Positions 1-16,500 are shown, counted from the stretch's first letter. The stretch: DNA of 64,000 nucleotides from Octopus sinensis (GCF_006345805.1 NC_043008.1:23870001-23934000); one strand, 5' to 3'. Numbers and translations: made by a program. The notes: a model not told the origin generated them from the letters alone.

Positions 1-399
1 TGTGTGTGCGTGCAGAGTTTTCTTTTGGTTCATTTTCACTGCGTGATGCAGAGATATCTGTATCTGGAAGCTGGATGCGAGACTATCTATGTATTTGAGT
101 TTAGAGGGGGGGATCGAATAGGGGAATTTTATTGGGAGAGACCCTGTGTGTTTTGTTTCCGCTGTTATTATTTTTTAAAGTCGAAATCAGTGGTGGTGCA
201 TATACTGCTGGTGTTGTTGGCGTTGTTGCTGTTCCTGGTGTTCTTCAAGAGAATAAAGTGAAGAGTTTAAGACAAGACGTGAGTAGAATAGAAGCCTGGA
301 AACAGGACAGTTAGGAAATACAAGATTTAAATTTACTCTTGGGAAAAAATACTTAGTCAAAGAGAAAGGATTTGGGATTGTCATGGAAGAGCTGAAACA

Positions 400-1350
400 G
401 TGTATAGCAGGTAAGCTTTCCAGGTATCACTAAAAAAGTATCAACAGAACAGGTTGTTTGAGGCAGACCAGAGATGTTATCGCCAAATACATAGCGTAGA
501 AGAAAGGACTCAAGATGAGAACGCTAATGCACAAGAAGCTCGAAAGTTCTGGACTGATATTTGTAATAAACCAAATAATGATAATGGAGATGCAGCATGG
601 TTAAAGAAAGTAAGGGAGGAAGTTGTCCATGAGAATCAGCCAGATCTAAGACTAACTAGTGCATTAATGAATAAAGTGTTAGGAAGAATGCCTAATTGGA
701 AGAGTCCAGGACCATCTTCAGTTCAAGAGTACTGGTTAAAGAAGTCTAGCAGCTTAAATGGGAGACTGAAGGAACAATTTCAGGATTGCCTGAATGGAGA
801 AGTACCTAATTATATGACAAGGAGAACAGTTCTTCTTATGCAAGACAAAATCAAGAGAAATATAGCTAGTAATTATAGACCAATCACTTTCTTACCATTA
901 GTATGGAGGCTGTTAATAGGAATGCTCTCAGAAAGCATTTATAAGCACCTTCAGAACCAGAATTTACCTCCAGAAGAACAGAAGGTTATAGGAAGAAGGC
1001 TAGAGGAAGGTATGATGTATTATATATATAGAGAGAAAACAATCCCAAATGAAGTGAAATCTAGAAAGAAAAATTTAACAATAGCAAGGATAGCTTATGA
1101 GAAAGCTTATGATATGATTCCACACTCATGGATAAGTAAATATTTGAGAATCTTTAGTATTGCTGATAACACAATTAGCTATAGCATGAAGGAATGGAAA
1201 GTAGATCTCTAACCAGGTGATACAGCCTTAGGGAAAGTTAATCTCAAGAGAGGAATTTTCCAAGGAGACTCGTTATCTCCTTTAGTATTTGTGATAAGGG
1301 TAATCTCCTTCGATTTAATATTAAGAAAGGCAAAGGCAGGGTATCAGTAG
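400..1350 (+). mobile_element. Degenerate R4/Dong-clade non-LTR retrotransposon fragment (RT region)
   Basis: ORF 454-1212 contains MPNWKSPGP, NYRPITFLPLVWRLL and AYEKAYDMIPHSWI; GIFQGDSLSPLVF follows at ~1252 in another frame. Confidence 0.85.
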
Positions 1351-1899
1351 AGAGAAGACCAAATGCTGCTCAGCATATTGACCGGTGTTATGTATGTCTT
1401 ATGGGAAGAGGGCTCCTTAGCTTTGGCCAGCAACCCTTCAAGTGACTGTATCTCAAGTAAAACACCACAGCTCTCTCTACGTGTGGAAGTATCAGATAAA
1501 AATATATCGAACAATTGCGTGAATGAGGTTGGAACTGGTAACGGTGAAGGTTATGCACTCATTTACTTGTTTTTCTATCTTCGATTGCATTGTTTACATA
1601 GGCGTATTCGTATACGAAACGACTTCATAGAGATAATGAGACCTCGCACGTCTAACATAAAAGTAAGGCACAATATTGACTCGTAAACCTTTAATATACT
1701 TGGTAGTATATTATGGTTGCAAAACGAAATACTGTGTCCTTGCTGGCAATTTATAAATTACAGGCTATTAAATGTGATACGAGTAATAAAGAAGACTAGC
1801 TGTTGGATGGATAAATTACAGGAAAGTTTACGAGAATGTTCCACGCAGCTAGCTCTTGGAGTGTCTGATAAAGAACATTTTGGATAAAGTAATGAGATT

Positions 1900-3870
1900 G
1901 TGGGAAGTAGAACTTACATGCAAATACGCAGGGACATTTTCCAGAGACTCTTGCTCTCTCCGTTACTCCTCGTCATTGCGCTAATACCTCTGACAAATAT
2001 ACTGAGAAAATCCAGGGTTGATAATGAGTTTATAAATTCCAAGATGAAAATAAGTCGCCTACTTTATATGGATGACAAACTATATACCAAAATGAGACAG
2101 ACATGGATTCTTTAATCCAAACAGTAAAGATATTAGAATGTAATTTGGGGTAAATAAGTGTGAAGTGCTAATTGTAAAGTCTGAAAGGTAAACCCTGATG
2201 GCATAAAGTTACCACAAGACAACGTTATGAGATCGCTGTGGAATAATAAGGGATAATAGTATCTCAAAGTGTTGCAAGACGATAGGATAATGGAAAGAGC
2301 ATAAGAGTAAAGAGTATAAGAGGAGAATTAAGAAGGTAAAATTAAATGCCGGGAACGTCATTAAAGCCATAAATACTTCGGCTATGCCAGTACTGAGATA
2401 ATCTGCTTTTTGTCTGAAAAGGACAAAGGGTGAGCTATAGAATTTGGATGGAAGAACTAGAAAGCTTCTCACAATGTACAATGCAGTCCATCCTAAAAGT
2501 AATACAGACCGATTCTATCTATCAAAAAAAGATCGCAGAGAATTATTAAACGCAGAAGGCCCTGTTAATACTGCGAGACTGAGTCTAAAATATTACATTG
2601 TGAAGAGTAAATAAAGAGCGCTATCGACAGTTAGAGATACCGAAAGAGTGACTGAAATAGTAAAGGAATTCAAAGAAAATTCAACGAACAACAGAACGAA
2701 CAAATGTTAAGAAGCAGAACTACATGGCCAATTCATGCAACAAACCGAGAATATCGGAAGTAAAGAACGTTGGCTAAGTTTGAGGAACGGGAACTTGAAA
2801 CGAGAGACCGAAATGCTAATTTTATCCGCTCAGGAACAAGTCATTTGAATAAATCTGATATAGGTGCAGGCATGGCTGTGTGGTAAGAAGCTTGCTTCCC
2901 AAACACATGGTTCCGTCTTCAGTCCCATGGCGTGGCATCTTGGGCAAGTGCCTTCTCAGGCCGACCAAGCCTCCTGAGTATGTTTGGTAGACGGAAACTA
3001 AAAGAAGCCTGTCGTATATATATATATATGTATGTGTGTGTGTTGTGAATCTATGTCTGGGTGTCTTTGTGTCTGTGTTTGTCCCCACAACCGCTTAACA
3101 ACTGGTGTTGGTGTGTTTACGTCTCCGTTATCTAGCAGTTCAGCAAATGAATTCGATACTAGGCTTAGAAAAGGGAGCCCTGGGTTCGATTTCTTCAACT
3201 AAAACCGCTTCAAAGCGGTGCTTCAACATGGCTGTAGTCAAATTACTGAAACAAGTAAAAGAATAAAATAAGAAATGGCAAAGATCGACAACATTTAATC
3301 GGACAGCAAATATAGAATCTGCAGGAGAGGAGACAAAACTATCAATTACCTTTTGATTGAGTGCAATCGTACTTGCACAAAGAGAGTATATGCGCAAGTG
3401 TGACTGTGTAGGCAAAAGATTGCATTGGGATGTTTGTCTAATATCTGACTTCAAAATACCAGAAAAGTAGTGTGAACACTAATCAGAGGCTGTGATAGGA
3501 AATGAGAACTACAGGTTCTTGTGGAACTTCCCCATATATGCTGAAACAAGAAGACGAGATATAGTTATAGAAGAATAGAGGACAAAATAAACAAACACTG
3601 TAAGATTATAGGTTTTGCAATTCCTTCTCATTGCAGAGTCGATACCCAAATTTTGAAAATACTGGAAAATATCAGGATCTGGTCAGATAATTAAGGAAAA
3701 GTGTGGAAAACAATTATTCCCATGGTAATTGGTACACTTGACACATCACCCTAAATGCTACATAAAAGACTGAAAGAGATTGGAACTGAAACTCGCATTA
3801 TCGACCCGCAGAAAAGTGCCAGCCTATATTGTGCCAGAATCCTTAGGAAGATTCTTGAAACTTGAGGAAA
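1900..3870 (+). mobile_element. Degenerate R4/Dong-clade element (RT 3' half to REL endonuclease), interrupted by a SINE
   Basis: LLYMDD at ~2060; QGQFMQQ/LKRETE-like stretch at 2720-2850; nuclease-region remnants (IVIEE, IPMVIGTL, LQKSA-like) at 3430-3870; SINE inserted at 2862-3265. Confidence 0.75.
2862..3265 (+). mobile_element. tRNA-derived SINE family A (bipartite, internal TA/TG microsatellite)
   Basis: Head ggtgcaggcatggctgtgtggtaag with A/B-box-like motifs; tail cagcatggcy..agtcaa..actgaaacaagtaaaaga; at least 7 copies in the window. Confidence 0.85.
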
Positions 3871-3976
3871 CCTGATGCCACCGAACCCCGAGATAAAATA
3901 CTTGCTAACTAAATTAGCATGCACTAGCGAAATAATAATGATGATGATGATGATGATGATGATGATAATACGTGGA

Positions 3977-4130
3977 ACAAATAAGGGTGGAGCACTTGGA
4001 AAACAGCACTACTTGGAATCGCTCGAATACTCCGGATGCTGCTCGAAAAATAAGGGGTGTTACCTTAGTTACCTGGTAGTGAACAGCTGACACCGTAGTA
4101 CATCTTCGGCCTTAGATGTGCAAAGACAAT
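3977..4130 (+). mobile_element. Severely 5'-truncated R4/Dong 3' end
   Basis: Matches 16401-16495 (LQKTALLGTARILRKVLEK coding end plus start of 3' UTR); sits between a (GAT)n tract and an (AAT/AAC)n tract. Confidence 0.8.
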
Positions 4131-4176
4131 AAATAATAATAATAACAACAACAACACCAACAACAACAACAACAAC

Positions 4177-4240
<64 letters not shown>

Positions 4241-4241
4241 G

Positions 4242-4800
4242 AATGCCCTGATGCAGTACCAGGCAGTGGGTCTCGTGGCTTCTAATCTTAACTGATTGGA
4301 AGTGTCATCATATACATTGTTTTGTCTTGGTATAAAAGATGGGCTACAGCAAATATTCTGCTCAATACCACAGATTTGCTTGTCGGTTGTTTGACCTTAA
4401 CCAGTTGAGCATGTCCCTTAGTGGATGACGATATGTGCATCTCTGATCAAGTGGAGAAGTAGTGGGGTAGCATCATAGCCATGTGTTTAGAGGGATTCTT
4501 TGGGGTTTGAATAATTCACCTCTGGAAACATGGGTGTTTCGTTGAACATCCTTAAACAATCCTTATTCAGGGACCTTTTGAGCAAGATGGGCTACTCGAC
4601 CAGAAGAAAATTCTAACTGGGCCCCACCTGCAAGGTCATGTGCTGTTTATCTTGATATGAGATCACCATGTCGCACACATATGGTTGTGATGCATGTTCC
4701 TAGTGTACCCTTAGCAGTCGGGTTGTCATGATGGGTATATTGGGCTTCGTATATTTTACCCCAATGTCACTTTGATAGCATGCACTGATCTCTCACTCGA
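4242..4800. repeat. ~560 bp non-coding interspersed repeat, copy 1
   Basis: High similarity to 18520-19036; (AAT)n on both sides; no ORF. Confidence 0.85.
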
Positions 4801-4915
4801 TAATAATAATAGATAGCTGAAAAGAACGAATAGCATGGTACCATATGCTGCAGATAAGCCCGCTGTGCATGCAAGACTCCAGGAGCTCCAAAAAAAGTTG
4901 TGATAAAGAGATAAT

Positions 4916-5128
4916 CCTTTCTACTGAATGCACAAGGCCTGAATTTTGTGGGACGGGACTAGTTAATTACATCGATTCCAGTGTTTGACTGGTACCTAAT
5001 TCAACGACTCCGGAAAGATGAAAGACAAAGTCAACCACAGCGGAATTTGAACTTAGAACGTCGAGACGGGTGAAATACCGTTAAGCATTTCGTCCAGCGT
5101 GTTAACGATTCTGCCAGCTTACCGCCTT
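4916..5128 (-). mobile_element. tRNA-derived SINE family B
   Basis: Reverse complement of head ggcggtaagctggcagaa, core gactttgyctttcatc..gtcg..aattaggtaccag and tail ggccttgtgc..gtagaaaggattatt. Confidence 0.85.
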
Positions 5129-5149
5129 AATAATAATAATAATGCTGAT

Positions 5150-6300
5150 GGCTCGCTTCGGTCAAAGACCATCTAGTGATGAGAATTCTCAAAGAGCATC
5201 CTTTGATGAAAGTTAACCATCTCAGTTAAGTCTCACCACTCATTCCTTTCCCACTTTCTCACCGGTCTGCCTCTCTTTTTCCTTCCTTGGCTGTAAGAGC
5301 AATACATGGCCAAACAACCTCTTTCCTCCGTCTGTGATAATATCTTAAGTTCTAATGATGTTGCTTGTGGTTAGGTCACGCTGAGTGATCTTCAGGATAA
5401 TGCTAAGGTATCTGCGATAAAAAAAGCATTTACCATATTGCAAATCTTATTCGCCCGTCTTGGTGGGTCGCATGCGTACAATACCGTTGGTTATGTATTG
5501 ATAAAGTTTTATCCCTTGGCGTGAGAAAGCATAAGCATACTGGTTTCAATCGTTGGAAAACTGCCATCGCTTTGCCAAGTCTAGTTCTGACATCAATTTC
5601 TGCTTCTCCATATCTGTCAATGTAACTGTCTAAGTATGTCAAAGAACCCACAAATTCAATATTTTGTACACCTGGGTGTTTTGGTCGATTTTCACCTCCG
5701 TATAAGGCGTTCGTCTTTCAGCAGTTGAAACGGAGACCACGTCGGGTGCTGAAGTCACAAACACTTGCTGCCTTCTCTTGTATGATTTCAGGAATATCAC
5801 TGAGCTGACTGATATTGTCTGTAAAGTTAACATTCGTGAATCTCCAGCTTATCTCAAACGTCGAGATATGGACCGTTTTGTAATAAAGTTGATCATTAAC
5901 AAGAACAAAAGCGACTACAGAATACACCCGTGAAAATCACGAACATGGAAGTGTTTCCGCTTTTGATTCTGGCACAGTAACGAGCAAAGATGTGTGAGTT
6001 CCTTCTTTACTATATATTCTCAGTGTTTTAGTGGCTCTGCAGTCCCCTCATTAAGTCCCCTACCTTGTTCTTTATCTTCCTCATACCGTGAAAGGTCATC
6101 GATAAATACCTCTGGTTGATCCACCATTTTCATTTTCTGTTCAAAGTCTAGGAGAGTGGCTGGAGTAAGCTGGTTCAGTAACTCCGGAAAATATTCTCTC
6201 CATCTTGCCAATTTCGTTTGTCATCAATAATTGGCTAGTTTTTGCTTTGGTCGGTATATCGGAGCAACTTCTAGTCCCAGACAACTCTTTCACAACTTTT
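5150..6300 (-). mobile_element. RTE-clade LINE remnant
   Basis: Minus-strand peptides TYLDSYIDRYGEAEIDVRTRLGKAMAVF and ARWREYFPELLN, plus C-terminal LFGHV..RGRP-like segment. Confidence 0.8.
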
Positions 6301-7390
6301 TTTTTAATCATTCTTGCTGATTTTCCCGCTCCTCTTCCTTTCTCTTCTAATCACTTGTTCTTGTCTGTATGACACCTCTTTTTCATTTTGTTTTTGTCTA
6401 AGGTCCATGTCTAGGGTCTTGTATTCCTTAAACTCCACTTCGGCGGAATTTGAACACAGAACGTAAAACCAGTAGAAATCTGCTAAACATTTCGTTCGAC
6501 GTAAAGAAGAAGAATGCAAGTCTAGGATCAGTGATCAAAGTGAGACGTAATGGAAAGTGTCAGCTCAGAACATGTAGGTCGCAAAAGGGCCAGTACGAAA
6601 TGAGAATTTATGCTGTGGTCGTTATTGTTATAGGTGCTGTTACTACTCATGCTACAGTTACTGTTTGGCTGAGTGTTGATGCAGGTGAGCACTTCTTCCC
6701 GTTCCTTTATAGAGAAAGCTAGTTTGTGTTTGTGGTGAACTCTATTTGTCGCAATATGAAAATGCGAGTTTGTATGTTTATCGATGCATCAATATTGAAA
6801 TAACTGATGCCCTTTCGTAGCACTCCTGTCGCTCATAAACAAACACATGGCTTCCGGTTTCACATCCCAACACAAACTCTGAAAAGAAAAAAAAACTACA
6901 CTTTGCTCATAGATAATTTAAATAGTTTTGATTTGGTTCCAGCCTATTTCACTCGAAGACCTTAGTTTCGTTCAAGATAAATTGGAACCCAAAACTTCTT
7001 CACCCACAGTTAAATTATACTACCAACGCTCATTTCCTATTCTATCACTTCACTTAAGAGAACCCCTCATCCTGACAGACAAATATCAATTTTATTCACC
7101 GTTCCTACCGCTCATTTCCCTGCATCAATGCACTAAAATATACAAAAATAAGTACCAACAAATAAAACATGTCACTCCAAATTAGACCAGTCACAAACTT
7201 TACTCTACTCTCAGACCAATTTGTTCCCTATATTTCCTCATATTTCAAAGATTCGCAGTAAGAAAATTCCTGCCGTAGCTGAAACTACTAGATACCATGA
7301 GGCTTTAAACTTTCCAGTATCCATCAGTAAATCTTAACAAGCACATTTGGCAAAGTTTTATGAGTATTGAATATACACATAACTTGAACG

Positions 7391-7488
<98 letters not shown>

Positions 7489-7489
7489 G

Positions 7490-7536
<47 letters not shown>

Positions 7537-7549
7537 GTCTGTCTATCTA

Positions 7550-7584
<35 letters not shown>

Positions 7585-7585
7585 C

Positions 7586-7632
<47 letters not shown>
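7391..7632. repeat. (CTAT)n/(CTGT)n then (CA)n microsatellite
   Basis: Directly visible; explains spurious ORF 7360-7767. Confidence 0.97.
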
Positions 7633-7635
<3 letters not shown>

Positions 7636-8116
7636 CTCTCACACAGACTTTTCTCAATAATCCACAGAGGTTTCATCATGATGTTGGTCTTTTATCTTGT
7701 CTTGTGTAGTACTAAGATGAGTCATAACTATTCTCCCATATTGATTGACATAATATACGTAGAATGAATATATATATATATTTTTTTCATATACGTCATG
7801 AGACATACGGTTTGTCAAATTTTAGAGTTTTGATTTCGTAGCAGTCTGTCAATTGGAATTAGAATTTCTTATAAAATAATACTTTAAAATATTGGTGAAC
7901 AATTACCTGATAGACCAATATTATCAGACTTGTCATATGTGACAGTCTCTTTTATCTTTTACTTGTCTCATTTATCAGACTACGATCATGGTCGAGCACC
8001 GTCTTGAGAGAAAGGTAAAGCCGACATAGGCGGAATTTGAACTCATAATGTATAGAAGGACGAAATGCCGCTTAGCATATTGCCCGGCATGCTAATGATT
8101 CTGCCAGCTCTCCACC

Positions 8117-10775
<2,659 letters not shown>

Positions 10776-10776
10776 A

Positions 10777-10871
<95 letters not shown>

Positions 10872-10872
<1 letters not shown>

Positions 10873-11092
10873 ATAATCCTTTCTACCGTAGACACAAGGC
10901 CTGAAATTTGCGTGGGGGCGACTAGTCGATTACATCGTCCCCAGCGTTTCACTGGTACGTAATTTATCGACCCCCAAGAGGATACAAGGCAAAGTCGACC
11001 TCGGCGGAATTTGAACACAAAACATAAAGACGGACGAAATGCTGCTAAGCATTTTGTCCAACGTGCTAACGATCTGCCAGCTCGCATCCTTA
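10872..11092 (-). mobile_element. SINE family B
   Basis: Same head, core and tail as 4916-5128; shares its (AAT)n tract tail-to-tail with R4 copy A. Confidence 0.85.
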
Positions 11093-11117
11093 ATAGTAAT
11101 AATAATAATCCTTTCTA

Positions 11118-11330
11118 AGGCGGTGAGCTGGCAGAAACGTTAGCAAGCCGGGTGAAATACTTAGCAGTATTTCATCTGTCTGAGTTGAAATTCGGCCGAG
11201 GTCGACTTTGTGTTTCATCCATTCAGGGTCGATAAATTAAGTACCAGTTGCGTACTGGGGTCTATCTAATTGACTGGCTCTCTCCGCACAAAATTTCGAG
11301 CCTTGTGCCTAGAGTAGAAAAGAATAATAA
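11118..11330 (+). mobile_element. SINE family B
   Basis: ggcggtgagctggcagaaacgttagc..gtcgactttg..aattaagtaccag..gccttgtgcctagagtagaaaagaat. Confidence 0.85.
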
Positions 11331-11895
11331 CCCTTTCTACTCTCGGCACAAGGCCTGAAATTGGTGATGGTGGAGCGCGGAAACTAATCGATTACATCGA
11401 CCCTAGTACTCAACACGACTGGTACTTAATTTATCGACCCCGAAAGTCTTTCAGGGAAGAATGCAAAACAATTACATCGACTCCCAGAGCTTAACTGCTA
11501 CTTAATTTATCAACCTCGAAAGGATGATTACATCGACTCCAGTGTTTTGCTAGTACTTAATTCATCGACTCCAATGTTTTGCTGGTACTTAATTTATCGA
11601 CTCCGAGAGGATGAAAGGCAAAGTCGGCCTCACCGGAATTTGAACATAGAAAGTAGCGACGGGCGAATACCTCTTTCTTTTCTACCGACAAGGGGCTAAA
11701 CACAGAGGAGACAAACAAGGACAGACAGACGGATTAAGTCGATTATATCGACCCCAGTGCGTAACTGGTACTTAATGTATCGACCCCGAAAGGATGAAAG
11801 GCAAAGTCGACATCGGAGGAATTTGAACTCAGAACGTAACGACGGGCGAATACCGCTAAGCATTTCGTCGAGCGTGCTAACGAATCTGCCAGCTA
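11330..11895 (-). mobile_element. Two SINE family B copies; the first has a tandemly amplified core, the second an alternative tail
   Basis: The ~30-55 nt unit attacatcgac..tacttaatttatcgac recurs 4-5 times in 11390-11605; the 11683-11895 copy has a different 3' region (aggggctaaacacagaggagacaaacaagg). Confidence 0.8.
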
Positions 11896-11902
11896 ACCGA
11901 AT

Positions 11903-11968
<66 letters not shown>

Positions 11969-11970
<2 letters not shown>

Positions 11971-13886
11971 AAAAATATATAAAATATAATAAATATCTAA
12001 AATATAATAAAATATAATATATATAAATATAATAAGAAATACAAAAAATGAGAAAAGATCTGTCGATTCTTAATGGAATCAGTAGACAATCAACGCTACT
12101 GAGCAACAAAAAGAAAACAAAAATACTCCGCAAATATAACATCACAGAAAAAGATTTACCTGAGAAAAAAGAAAAGCTGAAGCAAAATATCCTTGCTAAA
12201 GCGCAAAGGATCCGCCGGTACGAGAAACGCCAGCGCTTCTTTGAACAAAACAAAAAGTTAAACTCCAACCCCAAAAAGTTCTACCAAGAACTTGACAAAA
12301 ATAAAATAGAAATCACTGCAGCACCAACGGCAGAAGAAGTGGAAAAATTCTGGAGAGAAATATGGTCGGCGAACGAACAACGAAAAAAAAGAAGTATCAA
12401 AACAACAAACTCAGCATCTAAGCAACTTTGGACCCCCATAACAACTGTAGAGGTCACCCAGGCACTGCAAAGACTAAGCAATTGGAAGGCACCTGGGCAT
12501 GACAAGATCCCGAACTTCTGGTTGAAAACTTTAACAGCATGCTAGCAGAGCCAGAGACAATGCCTGAATGGCTCACGAAGGGGAAAACCATATTAATTCC
12601 CAAATCAAATGAGACAGCAAAACCAGAAAATTACAGACCAATAACCTGTCTCCCTACAATATACAAGAAAAATAATGACAGGATCTAGGATGCATCACCC
12701 AAAATCTGACATAGAAAGACTATATATACAACGTATAGAAGGTGGTAGAGGCCTTATACAGCTGGAAATCTACTATAAAATAACATAACCACCATAGGAC
12801 TGCAAAAATATCTACTTCAGAAGGAAGGAAACTGATACAAATAGCAGCAAAACACGAGCAAAACAAAAAACTATTCTCAGTATTTAAGGAAGCTGACAAA
12901 TACAAACAAGAAATCATACCACCTAATAAATATGAAGAAGAAGAAGAAGATGAAGAAACAACAAAAGCTATAAAACAAATGAAATCCAAACTAAAAATAG
13001 AACAGCAACGAACCATGATAAAACTATGGCAAGAAAAGCCCCTTCATGGTAAATACTGCACTAAACTAAACGCAAAAGAAATAGACAAAGAAAAATCCCA
13101 GCAATGGTTGAGTTGCTCAGGACTCAAAGCAGAAACAGAGGGATTTTTAATTGCAGCACAAGACCAAAGCCTCCCCACCAGAATTACCAAAAACATGTAA
13201 TGAAAAGAAATATAACAAGTAACTGCAGAATGTGTGGAGATGGACAAGAAACAATAAATCATATTATCTCTGGCTGCCCAGTCCTGGCTAAGAAGGAATA
13301 TATTCACAGACATGACAGAGTTGGAACCTACATACACTGGAAGCTATGCCAACATTATGGAATAACAACAGAAAAAAGATGGTATAGGCACACACCAGAA
13401 AAAGTCACAGAAAACGAGAAAGCAACCATACTCTGGGATATGCCGATACACACAGATAGAGAAATTAAGGCCAACAGACCAGATATACTTGTCACAGATC
13501 ATGAAGAAAAAAATGCTTTCTAACTGATGTATCAATACCGGCAGATGACAACGTGTCTCTAAAAGAAATGGAAAAACCTTCAAAATACAAAGACCTGGAA
13601 ATAGAGGTAACCAGAATGTGGAATCTAAAAACAGAAACAATTCCTATCATAATAGGTGCATTAGGCATGATAAAAAAATATTCAGACAAATACATAACAA
13701 AAACACCAGGACTTACAAACACATATAACATACAGAAAATTGCACTACTAGGCACTGCACACATCCTACGCAGAACATTTTCCATACAATAACCATCAGA
13801 ACATCACAACAAATCACAGCACATATCTAAGGCACACAGAGCTGCGCTCGGTAGTGAAGTGAAAGTACGCTATAAAAATAAAACTA

Positions 13887-13889
<3 letters not shown>
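11969..13889 (+). mobile_element. R4/Dong copy B, same family as copy A, RT core deleted
   Basis: Near-identical to copy A. At ~12665 the sequence jumps from the equivalent of ~8650 to ~9570, losing the RT motifs including YMDD. It keeps extra N-terminal sequence (KAQRIRRYEKRQRFFEQNK) and the same 3' UTR ending ctactg(aat)n. Confidence 0.93.
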
Positions 13890-13961
<72 letters not shown>

Positions 13962-14129
13962 CCATGACCACAGCATTAATTTGCTTGCTCCATCAACTTC
14001 GTGTGTGGTGGTTACTTTCTGGATATCGACAGGCTGGAGCCGGACCAGAATCTCCGAGCCTGCCGGCTGCAACACTGTCACCATCAATGGCTTCAGTTTC
14101 ATTATCACCGTTATTCACAACATATTTTT

Positions 14130-16500
14130 CATTGTCATTCATATGAGGTAGCGATTATCAGGTTGCGCGATTACCAGTGTTTTTTAAAACAGAGTCTCGT
14201 TGCAAAGTAAGCAACGGTGGTAAGATACGACCAAAGAATAAAGGGTTACCAGCATAATAGGTTATTCAGAGTAGATCAGAAGAGATTCTATAAAGAAATA
14301 AATGGAGACTGTACAAATGAAAAGTTGAAACAGACAGAACTAGTCATTTCAATTAGGGAGGTGAAGGAAATCAACAAAACAATTAGCAACTGGAAGGCCC
14401 CGGGACCAGATGGATTTCAAGACTACTGGATCAAAAACAATTCGTGAATGTCATGCATGAACATCTGCGACACTCAACACCTTCTTAAATACTGACCAAG
14501 TAACACCAGAGTGGTTGACATTGGGTAGGACAGTGCTGTGCCTGAAAAGCATCGAAAAAGGCAATACGGTAGAAAATTACTGGCCGATATCCTGTTTGCC
14601 ATTTACGCGGAAATTATTGACTGGGATATTCGCGGAATCAATGTACGAACATCTGGCAAAAGAATGGCGTTCTGCCACATGAGCAGAAGGGTTGCAAGCG
14701 TAAGTGCAGAGCTACCAAGAATCAACTCCTGAGATAAAAAATAGGAAGCCATACATACTGCAAGAGGAGGAAAACTAACATAGCCATGTCATGGATCGAC
14801 TATCGTAAGGCGTACGATATGATTCTACATTCTTGGATTATGGAATGTATGGACCTATTTGATATTGCATCGAATGTTGAGCGATTGCTTAGAAGAAATA
14901 TGGCGAATTTGAGGATGGACCTGACAGCATACGGAAGAAGTTTAGGGTCAGTAGAAATTCGGAGGAGCACCTTCCAAGGGGACTGCCCGGCCCGCTGACC
15001 TATGTACTGTGCTTCATACCATTAACATTATTCTGAGGAAAGCAAAAGCTGGGTATGTATTCAAAAGCCGCCAACGAAAAGCTAATCATTTGTTATTCAT
15101 GGATGACCTCAAACTTTATGCTAAACATGAAGCCCAAGTCAGTTCCCTCGTTGATATGGTGTATACTTTCAGCGCTGATATCATAATGGATTTCGGACTG
15201 AGAAAGTATGTTGTATTAATCTTGAAGAGAAGCAAAATCAAATGTATGGAAGGACTAACGATACCGTCGGGAGAGGTTATGAAGCAGATAGAAGAGATGG
15301 GCTATACGTACTTGGGGATTTGGGAAATGGATTAATTGGTGGAGAAAGAAATGATAGAAAAATTAAAGGTGGAGTACTTGCACAGACTGTGACTGATCCT
15401 TAAGTCGAAATTAAACGGACGGAATAAGATTGAAGCTATCAACACCAGGGCGGTTTCCCTCCTTAGATATGGAGCAGGGGTAATCACATGGACAGTAGAT
15501 GACACAGACAGACAGTATGTAGCAAGAAAAAGAAGGGGAACATGACTTATTGGATGCGAACACCGCATTAGAGCAGAAGAAAACAACATAGCGTGGTATG
15601 TAAAAAAATATCACAGAACCGCTATTATTAGAAGTAAGAATTTGAGGCTTGTGTAGGATGAAAGATTGCAACGATAAAGTACTATACAAGAAATTGGAAA
15701 CGAATGAAACTGAAAATAGGTGGGTAAAGAAAAGAATGCTTGGACAATTTCATGGGGATTGTTGAAGATAAGACAGACAGAGAAAAAAATGGCTATGGAT
15801 GACTAAAAGTGATTTAGAACCGGAAACGGAGGTTCTAATCTGTGCTGCCCAAGAGCAAGCACTAAGAACAAATTACATAAAATACAGAATAGACAACACA
15901 TCAGAAAGTCATAAGCGCAGAATTTGTGGACAAAATGGTGAAACCGTATGGCACATTACCAGCCAATGTACGCCACTAACCCAGAAGAGACGCCACGACT
16001 ATATAGCAAGGATTGTCCATTGGACGCTTTACGACAAGTATGGACTTGACAGAGCAAAATGTTGGTACGACCACAAACCGGAAGGCATCTTCGAAAATGA
16101 TAATGCAAAGATCCTATAGGATTCTATGATTCAGTGCGACCAAGAGATAAAAAATAGGAAGCCATACATAGTCTGAATTGAGAAAGAAAGCAAACAATGC
16201 TGGATCATAGATATAGCATGCTCAGCTGACAACAAGGTATGCGATAAGGAAGAAAGAAAAGTCGATAGCTATGACAGTTTAACTTGGGAGGTTAAACACT
16301 TGTGGTTGATGAAAAAGGTAGCAATAGTACCAATAATTGTTGGAGCCCTGGGAACAATAATTAAAAATCTTGAGAAGTACATAGAACAAATAGAGGCTGC
16401 AATAAGGGTGGAGCACTTGCAGAAAACAGCACTGCTTGGAACCGCTCGAATACTCCGGAAGGTGCTCGAAAAATAAGGTGTTACCTGGTAGTGAACAGTT
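14130..16500 (+). mobile_element. Older R4/Dong-clade element, second family, multiply frameshifted
   Basis: RYDQRIKGYQHNRLF, NWKAPGPDG, WIDYRKAYDM, HLLFMDDLKL, ICAAQEQALRTNY..RICG..ETVWHITSQC, KPYIV..IIDIA, IVGALG. Confidence 0.9.

Noticed and set aside
11390-11605. CRISPR-like short repeats
   Set aside because: Eukaryotic context, irregular spacing, and the repeats are SINE core copies; no cas genes.
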